Shown here: in pieces, positions 45,758 through 55,300 of the stretch
Position numbering within the stretch: position 1 is the stretch's first letter
Layout of the letters: each line of letters begins with the position of its first letter
Assembly (NCBI GenBank): GCA_028718605.1
Contig: JAQULM010000002.1
Span: forward strand, 1,776-65,775
Source of the DNA: Patescibacteria group bacterium
Lineage (GTDB): Bacteria; Patescibacteriota; Patescibacteriia; UBA10025; JAHIVO01
Direction: 5' to 3'
Length of the DNA stretch: 64,000 bases
Translations under genes and position numbers: made by a program
Notes under the pieces: generated by a model
Database searches by the model: none
Seen by the model: the letters and a program-made list of their open reading frames with translations, nothing else
Told to the model about the DNA's origin: nothing

Positions 45758-46954
45758 TTATGCTACCGTCATGCGTCCCGAGGTACTTACGCTGTTTGTG
45801 TTGGAGTTTGAGTTCGTGTTGGTATTTGTGGTGGTATTCGTATTTGTATTTGTGTTGGAGTTGCTGTTGCTGAACCAGTTAATATTGGAATTCGTATTCG
45901 AGTTTGAGTTCTTGTTGGAATTCGTATTCGAGTTTGAGTTTGAATTTGAATTCGAATTCGTACCCGGGACTACCGCTGCTGGCTCAAAACTCTTATAGAG
46001 CATTTCAAATGTCGCCGCGTAGTTCGCTTCACTCAAAACGGTCGTGCTGTACGTGATTACATACACGGAATCATTTCTCGTATAGTAGACCGTTTTCCCG
46101 TCAACGCTTTTAACGCCGGACAATGTTTTGTCCCAGTTCGCTACCGAGAGGACCTGACTCGCAACGACACCCGGCGATTTTGTCAGATACCAGTCCCGCG
46201 CAGAAATCCGTGCGGGGTTGCTCTCAATTGTCACCTCGACGAATTCTCCGTTCGGTGCACTGAACATTCTGCCTCCTGCGGTAATCGGGTCTTCTGCTGG
46301 ATCCCACGACGCAGGATACAAAAGCGCATACCCGTACTGGTCATTTAAATATCGGCGAACGGTACTGTAATTCTCAAGTTTTCCCGTTCCGTTTGGATTG
46401 TAGCCGCTCAGGACCTCATGCCCGTCGGAATACGTGTCCTGATCAGTATCGGGGTTATTCAGGCTCGTGCCATAAATCGCTTCCTCGATATCAGTCAGGC
46501 CGTCCAAGTCCGTATCCCGCCCGGTCGCAACACTATTAACATTCATGTTGGCATTGGTATTGACGGCTGTATTCGAGAATAAATTCGCAATAATCTGGGA
46601 ATTGCTGTTCCGATTCGACGTGCTATTTGTGTTCATGGCGTTGTTTGAATTGCCAGCATTTATGACATTCGCGCTGTTCGAGGAATTATTCACACGATTT
46701 TCGTTTTCACTGTTCGTCTCATCATTAGCCAAGGTTTCGTTCGTCGATCCACCGCCATACTTCTGCATCAGCCAAAACGCTCCTGCGCCAACGACAAGGA
46801 GAAAAAAAATTGCCACCAAGATAAAAAGGAGTGTCCCCTTCTTGCCGCCCTCCCGCGTATCTTCAATATAGAATTTATCCGGCATCGTGTGGATGCGCAC
46901 CTGCTTCGGCGCCCCCGATGGGGCATCCTTGGAATTGTCCGTCGGCTCTACCAT
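45758..46954 (-). CDS. Membrane-anchored protein with TSP3-like Ca-binding repeats, PsbP-like domain and Asn-rich tracts
   Basis: TM; 'DTDLDGLTDIEE..PDTDQDTYSDGHEV..GYNPNG'; 'YLNDQYGYALLYPASW'; (NS/NT)n tail. Confidence 0.75.
   Translation of the reverse strand: MVEPTDNSKDAPSGAPKQVRIHTMPDKFYIEDTREGGKKGTLLFILVAIFFLLVVGAGAFWLMQKYGGGSTNETLANDETNSENENRVNNSSNSANVINAGNSNNAMNTNSTSNRNSNSQIIANLFSNTAVNTNANMNVNSVATGRDTDLDGLTDIEEAIYGTSLNNPDTDQDTYSDGHEVLSGYNPNGTGKLENYSTVRRYLNDQYGYALLYPASWDPAEDPITAGGRMFSAPNGEFVEVTIESNPARISARDWYLTKSPGVVASQVLSVANWDKTLSGVKSVDGKTVYYTRNDSVYVITYSTTVLSEANYAATFEMLYKSFEPAAVVPGTNSNSNSNSNSNTNSNKNSNSNTNSNINWFSNSNSNTNTNTNTTTNTNTNSNSNTNSVSTSGRMTVA
45790..45962. repeat. Degenerate hexamer repeat encoding (Asn-Ser/Thr)n
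   Basis: GAGTTT/GTATTC/GAATTC-type units; protein TNSNSNSNSNSNTNSNKNSNSNTN. Confidence 0.85.
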
Positions 46955-46983
46955 ACTATAGTTTATTTATTCTATCCCTTACC

Positions 46984-47616
46984 TTATTCCAGTTTTTTTA
47001 TTTCCTCCATCAGGTCATACAGCTTACCGCTCCCTTTCGGATTGTAACCGCTGGCTACTTCCGCTCCATCGGTATTGCCGTCACTGTCGGTATCGCTCAT
47101 GAGGGGGTTTGTTTCATACACCTTCACCTCGTCGCGATCAGATAAGTCATCCCCATCAGTATCAGCCAATAATGAATTTGTTTTTAGCTTCTTCTCTTCC
47201 GTATCAGTCAGGCCATCACCGTCGGTATCGTCTGTCGTGGTATCGACTACTGGCGCCGTAGACTCATTAGCATTGGGCACCAACGACCGATTTGTGGTTG
47301 CCGCCGTATTCGAAGATGCATTCGCCTGAGAAGTGTTAGCGGTCGTTTCCGTATTGGAATTCGTAAATACCCCCGACAGGAAAACAATTACAGCGCCAAC
47401 GATTATAACTACGGCGGCAACAATTAAAATCATCCACAGCGCGCGCGCCGGTTTCCGCCGTACAGGAAGGGGGGTGGTGCTCCCAGCCTGCGGCACTGCC
47501 GCAGGCCGATTCGCACGTGCTGCTTGGCGTTTGCGTACGACAGCTGGTTGCTGTTCGTTTACATCCTCAGTGTCTGCAAAAATATCCTCAACGTTTTTTT
47601 TCTTTTGTGATGGCAT
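46984..47616 (-). CDS. Membrane-anchored protein with bacterial TSP3-like repeats
   Basis: 'DTDGDGLTDTEE', 'DTDGDDLSDRDEV', 'DTDSDGNTDGAEV..GYNPKG'. Confidence 0.8.
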   Translation of the reverse strand: MPSQKKKNVEDIFADTEDVNEQQPAVVRKRQAARANRPAAVPQAGSTTPLPVRRKPARALWMILIVAAVVIIVGAVIVFLSGVFTNSNTETTANTSQANASSNTAATTNRSLVPNANESTAPVVDTTTDDTDGDGLTDTEEKKLKTNSLLADTDGDDLSDRDEVKVYETNPLMSDTDSDGNTDGAEVASGYNPKGSGKLYDLMEEIKKLE

Positions 47617-47657
47617 GTTTGGTCAATGAATGTATCACCTTTACTGAGCAAATTAAT

Positions 47658-49223
47658 CTAGAGCGCGGGTGCCTGGTTCTGCTGCACTGCATCATCGTAA
47701 CAGTTGCATGAATATGTACTCGTGATCGGAGTCGTAACTGTCACATAAGCGCTCTCACCATATAAGTCCTCTGCGTCATACGCGCGCGCATATAATGGCT
47801 GGGAATAATACGTCGTGGATGTACACGTGGAACAAACGATTGTCGCATTCGCAACCGGAATAAACGGAAGTCTCCACTTGGCTCTAGCTGCTGGCTCCAT
47901 CGCATACTGTGAAATTCCGCTCTCAACGTATGCCTGGGCAGTTGCCGTTGCATTCCAGGAAAAAGTCGTATTGACGGTCGCGCCAGATGTCGTATTCTCG
48001 CCAATCATCCCGTAGCCAGATCGAAACAGCCGAACCATAGTAACAGACGTATCATCGGTTGCAGTCACGCCAACGTTGACGATGCCTGAAACTACCGCCC
48101 CGTTCGCGGGAGTCGTTATTGTTGCAGTCGGCGCGGTATTCGAGCTTGGGATATTGATAATCACATTCCGGGAAGCGGTCGTCGTTAGGCCGGGTGCATT
48201 ATACGCACGTGCCTGAATCTGTGTGGTCGCGGGTGCTGTATTCGGCACACCGCCAAGATCCCAGATCCACGTCCATAATCCATCCCCACCAGGCGCATAC
48301 TGAGTTTCTCGGAGAATGCCTCCATAGTAAAATTCTACGCGCTGTACCGGCGTCTCGGGATCTGTAGCACTAACTTTCACCGAATAGGGCGTTGCGGTAA
48401 TTTCAAACCCGTCGGTTGCCGGGGCAGTAAATGAAACAATGGGTGGCGTCGTATCCACACAGTTATTATCATTCGAAGGGACACAGGCAGTTGGACAGTA
48501 ACCGTCATCATCCGCACATTCGGTAATTACCGTATGAGTGCACGAAACAGGGCACAATGTCGTATTGCATACATCAGCAGTTGACGCGCTCCCGTCATCA
48601 CAGTCTGCATCGGTGGCGCATGAGTCGACTGAACATACTCCCGGGGGCAGACAGCACTTCTGGCCTGCATCGCAATCAAAATTGTTCGCGCACGGCCCCT
48701 GACCAATCATAAACTGGCCGCTACCGGTGGATTCACTCTGATTTCCGAGCCGGTCTACCATCAGAATATCAACGGTGTATGTTCCATCAGCATTATTGCC
48801 GACGTTCCACGCTTCTCCCCATATGCCATCCAGGCGGGAGGCATCATGGTGCGCTCCGTCGTCATACAACGCAATAAGCGCAACCTGCGTATTACCAGCA
48901 TTCTTTATGCGCGCTTGCACGCCTTGGACGCCGGATGGATCGGTCGCGCGGAGAGTCATGGTGATAACTTGATTTTTCTCGACTGATCCGGGGCTGACGT
49001 TAACGGTTGCATTCCACACACCATCGCATGCGTTGGCGCAACTGACAGGATCGGTACAGGTCGTATTACTGCATGAACCGAGCATAGGACCAGCTGAAGA
49101 AGCAATCTCAAAGCTGGGCACTGCCGTCTGGTCCGTTTGCGCCATCGCAATGTATGCAACAAGAGATGCACCGCCGATTAAAACTACCGCGAGCAGTAAC
49201 TTTTTGTAGGTGTTCATACGCAT
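47658..49223 (-). CDS. Secreted Cys-rich protein with bacterial Ig-like domains
   Basis: Signal/TM; 'LYDDGAHHD..DGIW' domain; Cys-rich block; 'DTTPPIVSFTAP', 'NTAPTATITTPANGAVVSG'. Confidence 0.75.
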   Translation of the reverse strand: MRMNTYKKLLLAVVLIGGASLVAYIAMAQTDQTAVPSFEIASSAGPMLGSCSNTTCTDPVSCANACDGVWNATVNVSPGSVEKNQVITMTLRATDPSGVQGVQARIKNAGNTQVALIALYDDGAHHDASRLDGIWGEAWNVGNNADGTYTVDILMVDRLGNQSESTGSGQFMIGQGPCANNFDCDAGQKCCLPPGVCSVDSCATDADCDDGSASTADVCNTTLCPVSCTHTVITECADDDGYCPTACVPSNDNNCVDTTPPIVSFTAPATDGFEITATPYSVKVSATDPETPVQRVEFYYGGILRETQYAPGGDGLWTWIWDLGGVPNTAPATTQIQARAYNAPGLTTTASRNVIINIPSSNTAPTATITTPANGAVVSGIVNVGVTATDDTSVTMVRLFRSGYGMIGENTTSGATVNTTFSWNATATAQAYVESGISQYAMEPAARAKWRLPFIPVANATIVCSTCTSTTYYSQPLYARAYDAEDLYGESAYVTVTTPITSTYSCNCYDDAVQQNQAPAL

Positions 49224-49378
49224 CGTATATATTAATTATTGCTTAATCGTAGTATACAGTATTATATGCCTTTTTTGTAGTAAAATCGGATTGTTTTTTA
49301 ATCGAATGAAACGCACGTACGTGTACTGGTCCCGATATCGCGCCATATCAAGATACATCACGGGAATACCCGGCTATC

Positions 49379-52300
49379 CTATGGCGGCGTGATGACGGCA
49401 ACGCACGCGGCATTATTCATACGGCTTACGTTGCCGAACCCATCCTCTGCTTCATAATCAACATAGAACGCTCCTGAATACCCAGTGGAATCCCATGTCC
49501 CAGTATAGAAATTATCAACTGGCGCTACATCATTAAGGCCGACACGCAAAATCTCAGCGCCATCCGGCTGCTGGATTATCGCGTCAACCCGACCAATGCC
49601 ATCCGCATCCGTTACGAGCGTACCAAAATTGATGAGTGTGCCCGAACCAGCACTGCACGGGCTCACCTGTCCCATCGTGATTGACGGCGCTCCTTCTCCA
49701 CGGACGTTTACGCGTATCTCGATGCTGGCACTCCGGTTCCCCGCTGCGTCAAGGGCATCAGCCTGGATCGTATGCCAACCATCTGAATATAACAGAGTGT
49801 TCAGCGGCCATGTCCACGCCCAGACAGACGCGCACGCGCCCTCACAGGCCGCCTCTGTATTGCAGGCGGGGGCCGGATTCTGGCAAGCCGCTCCGCCGAG
49901 CGTAGCGCGCTGCAGATAGTCAACGTAGAAGTTAACGCGAGTCACTCCAATTTCATCAAAAGCATCGACGGTAATATCGGCAACACCATCTACCGCCGTG
50001 CCATCCGCTGGTGTATTCGGTATGAAGACAACCGTCGGGGGCGTTTCGTCCTTTTCCGGATTATCTATGCTCACCGTAATCCCTGCTGCGGCCGCAGAAT
50101 TGCCTGCCAGGTCAAACGCGTACGCATCAATATCATGGCTCCCATTTTCATACAGCTGCGTGTCGAGCACGGCGATAAAATCATCGCCACCGACCGGATT
50201 TGCTGACGCAAGAAACAGATTATCAATATATACATCAACGCGCGCAATACCGCGGTCATCAACCGCGTGAACCCTGACGTCAACGTCATCGCTGATGGTA
50301 GCGCCATCCGCCGGCTCGGTGATTGCGACCGGATTCGGGGGATTGGGATCGTCATTATTGACGGTCACTGAAATGCCGACCTCCTTGGTATTCAATGCCT
50401 GATCATAGGCAACTGCCGCAAGGGTATGCGCACCATTCAGCACCGCGGTGGTATCCCACACGTGCTGGCATGTCAGCGTACCCTCAGTGCCATTGCACGT
50501 ACGGACAATCACGCCATCAATCGATATTTCAATATGATCGACGACTCTATTATCAGTCGCGAATGCATCAATCACAACCGCTGCACCGAATACCGTACTG
50601 CCTCCCACGGGCGACTTGAGCTCGATATATGGAGTTGTCCCATCCGGACCGCCACCATTGTCAATCAGAATACGATACGAAATGCTCGACCAATTTCCGA
50701 GCGTGTCATAGGCGATCACAAGAACGGTATGCTCTGCGTCGGTATACCCGGTGGTATTAAAATTCCACACCCATGCAGGCGGGCCATCCGTCCCATCGCT
50801 GTCAGTATACGTACGAACGCCGTCAACGTAGAATTCCACACGGTCAACGCCGCTCTCCGCATCACTGGCGCTCACATCGAGCGCCCGCGTCCCGCTGAGA
50901 ACCGTTACCCCGTTTCGTACAAGGCTATCAACGCCCGTGATTTCTGGCCCGGTCCGATCTGCCGCGGATCCAACGATATTTCGCGCATAGTTCACGCACG
51001 CGCAGTCAGCATTGGCAATTCCGCTGCATGGATCACCAACTGGCGGTACTGTCACCCACCCCTCTGGCCCGGTATACTCCATATTCGCGTACAGATTGGC
51101 GATTTCCCCCGTTGGATTCGTAATATACAAATAGATATACGAATCAGGAATTATAGGCGGATCGTCTGGACATTGGTATGCCTTATCCGTATCGTCCCAG
51201 CAGGTTTCCTGGTTATAACCATCTGCCTCGGTGCATTCAGTCCCCCCTTCTTCATACGTATTCAGGGGGTCGACCGGCAGATCGCCACCCAGGGCATCAC
51301 CGAGCGCTTCCTGCCATGACGGCCAACGCGACGTGCTCATGCCGTTAATATACGAGCCGCCTTCAAGCAGCGGATAATGGCCGTTTGCTGCTTTATATTC
51401 AAGAAGCTTAATCCAGATGTCATCGAGATCGCCGACGCGCTGGATGTCCCGCTGGAGACTCTCTTTCTGTCCTGGAAGCAGATTCACGTTAAATTCCCAG
51501 TTATCAAGCATGCGGTTGAAAATATCGATCGTCTGCGCTGAAGAATCGGGATGGTAGGACATCAGGTATATATTGGTGTATACGCGGCCGGCGACGAGGT
51601 TTGTCGCATTCACGTATACGGTCGTGCCGTCGCGGATCGCTGGATAACCATCAATAGTCAGCCCTTGGCCCTGTTGTGGCGGATACCCGAGCTGCAGCTG
51701 GTACCACTCGCGCAGGGACTTACCGCCCTCATTCTCAAACACGAGAATACCGATAGCGTCATCAGATGTCTTGGTCCATGACGCGCCAGCCTCGACGCAC
51801 GTTGTCTCCGTGGTAAACGCGGCAATGCTGCACGTACCGGGGTACACGAATAGGTACGACTTCAGCTTGCTGTCTATCCCGTCGTTCAGATTAACCGTTG
51901 CGGGATCGGCTTCCGTCACAATCACTTCATCTGTGGACGCGAGCAGCGGCAGGTCGGTGCCATCACGGCAGTACCAGGTCGAGAAATTCATCACATAATT
52001 ATTGTTGCCCCTTGTTGGAAATGGCGAATTATCAAGCTTCGGATACAATCCTGAATCCTCGAATGCAGGGTCATCATTGGTCGGCGGCAGTATGTTAGGC
52101 CAGGGACTCGAACACATCCTCGCAAGTATAATGCCCGCGTCAGTCACCTTGCCGATGCCGCCCGGGAGCAACGTCGATGCAGAGCCGTCCGCGGTCACGA
52201 CCCATCGGCCGCGGCCGCTTGCATTATCTGACGTCAGAAGGCATGCCAAACTATTTGAGCTCTCGGCAGGGCAGGGACCTTCGAAATTCGGCGGAACGAT

Positions 52301-55300
52301 ATCGCTCCCGTTATGGGTTGGAGTAAATACATTCTTTGGATCGTCTTCCTTCCAGGTAATTCTGATCGGATTGGGTGCTGGGCTAATTAAATTTGTGCCA
52401 TCTTCGCTTACTGATTGTACGCTCCAAAATTGTTGGTACCCATCGGGAGGGGTTGCGGGATGATCCCCCGGTGCGCAATTGCTCGTTGAACACGTCATAT
52501 ATGAGGGTGAGGGGCGCGTCCACGCACCGTCCCACCATTGGAACTTGAGATGGTCAATCGTGCAAATCCGGTTACCTGCATTGAAACCGCGCAAATATGT
52601 CACCCCGACATTATCTCCAATAGCGACGCCAAAGGTATTTGTAGTCCTGCCAGTAGCTATCCAAACGTTAAAATTCTCGCTCGGATCAAATATCTCGTCA
52701 GGCGTAAAGGTAAATGACGTGTCCGTGTGTGTTAGCTTCCCAGGAATTACGCTGCCTCCAGAAATGGCAGATACTGTCGTCTCCGGAACTGTATTATCAC
52801 CATAGACGAACGTACTCCAGTCCATAGACTGGGAAAAGGTGAATGTAACGCTAATATTCCGGCACTGCGTCGCTGCGCTCGGCGACCAGCCGGCAATTTC
52901 CGGCCGCGGGTAGCAGCAATGGTCTGTGCGCTCGTCATCAAACCCGCATCCCATCGCAGAAACATCGCCGCAGTCCGAGTCCTCATCGCAACCGCAATAC
53001 AAGCCGCGTTCATTGTTACCCGGCGCTGTGCAGTTCCATACGTCAGGCGTACACTTCAGCGTGCCAAGGGTCATCGCGCCGCCAGGTTCATCGTTCATAT
53101 CGCCGTCATTGTCCTGGTCAGGATCGCAACACACCGTGCAGTCGTTTTCACCAACAGGCGGGTATGCGGCGCTATTAGGTGGCGTCGGTGCCTGATGCCG
53201 TGCTGTATCAATACATAAATAGTCTTCGGGGATATCGTCCAGCTCCGCGCCGGTCGAACATGTGCCGTTATTAGCAATATTGGATGGGAGCTGGCACCGG
53301 TCGCCGGGTACGCCAGTCGCGCACTCTGCCGCATCGACGCATACGCTGTACCCGAGTCCGCCGTCATACCGGCAACAATTCGTCGTAGTACAGTCCGCGT
53401 TTGAATTGCACTTCACCTTAAACGGCAGCGGATTGGACGGGCACATCGTATTTACCACATGCACGCCGCCGGACGATGCACCGACTTGCACCTCTGAACG
53501 AGTGATGCCGTCAACCGCCCACGATCCGACTCGTGCAATAATATCATCGAATGTATCAATTAATCCTGGTGAAAACTGGACACCGCTCACCCCTGGTATT
53601 CCGACTGGTGCGAGCTTCGAGCCTGACATAGATATCAAGTCGCCTTCTTCTCCGGTTTTTGGAGATAACGGGGGGCAGAGTACCGGCAATCCAGCTGCTG
53701 GAATTGGCTGCGGCGCCATGCAGTTTCCGCTCGCGCAATCTCCATTATCATCGCAGAAATTATATCCCTCGCCGAGCGCTGTCTGGGTACATATCCGCGC
53801 ACAGTTGTTTCCAGTAACGTCAAACCCATACACAGCGGGGTCGTTCTGCAGGCTGTCAATTGCCGTTGAGAGTCCGCCAGTTGCCGTGGATGTATTCACG
53901 TCAATGAGGTTTTGGCTCCCATTAGGATTCCCCGGCTCCTCGGCGATGATAAGCTCATTTGTCCAGCCGTTTTCGCAAATCTCAACATTGCCAGCGTCTC
54001 CGCCGATCTGCACATAGCTCGACGCAGGGTCATATGCTCTAAAGTAGCACCCCTCGATTGAAATCGGTTGGCCGGGTGGTCCATTATCGGGCAAAATAGA
54101 ATTAATAACCGGCCGGCACCGATCACGGACTTCATCGCATGTGCTCATGGGACACTCATCAAAACCGTCATTATCAGGATCAGAGCAATAATCCGGCCTG
54201 CTGAACGCGCATGAATCCAAATCAACATTCACACGCCCCCGCGCTACTACGCTCTCGGCGGGAATGCGGGCATTCACATACGTTCTTCCCGAACCGGCGG
54301 ACGTAACGGTACCGACATTGACCACGTTCGCGACGGTCGCCACGCCCGCGGCGTCCGTGTCCCATGCCCATGTATAATCGCCGGGATCGACTATCGTACA
54401 GGCTGGGCCGAGCGCCATGGACGTATAGTCAAAATTCTGGCCGGTCGCGTTGAACGTATGCGACGTCGGATTCATGGTCAACCGTTCAACCGGGCATGGG
54501 TCTGTATTGTCCTTAGTCAAAAATTTCCAATAATAATCCTGGTTCATGCGAACGCCTGATGAGCTCGTCACGTCGCGGGTGACCCGCATTTCATACCACG
54601 TCGCTGGCGTCAGGGCACCGTCTGGATCCAGGACGGTTCCTTCTTCCCCTGCGCCTCCCCAGACAAAACGGGTAAGCCCACCCCCGACGAGGTCACCCAA
54701 GACTGTACATGCTTCAGTCGTGCATGGGCGCAGGAAAACATTCGCGGGGTTGATAATCGATCCGTCATTCATATCATGCGTGAACCGCACACCGATATTC
54801 ACATTGACGCATATGTCGTCAGTGTTTTTATACGGATTCGGTGATGGATAATCCGTCACCTGGCATGCACCGTCAGGACACTGGTCGTTATTGGTGCAGG
54901 CATCGCCCTCATTGGCGCCGCCGACGCACGTCGAGGAACACGCGGTACTTTCAACGACCCGCGGAACGCCGCCGCACGGGACCTCAAACGGGATGCCATT
55001 GCTCTCGCCGATCGGATTCACGACCGTTACCTCATACGGATCGCCCGCATTCGGGACATCCGGAACTGAAATATTAATCTGCTGGTCAGCCCAGGGGGGG
55101 GTAATCGGCGCGTTTTCGGTCGTCGCATTGAGGGTAAACGGCACCGTGCCGGCAACATCACCAAAACCCTCGCCGTACAGTCTGACCGGATCAGTTACGA
55201 CGCCGCATTCAACGTCGCTGCCGCACAGGCCTGGTCCTGGGTCTTCATTCGTATACACAAATTCACCGATGTTCGTCCGCGTATTGTCGCTTCCGCGTAC

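Noticed and set aside
45735-45998. Plus-strand ORF rich in FEFEFV
   Set aside because: Antisense read-out of the (Asn-Ser/Thr)n repeat.
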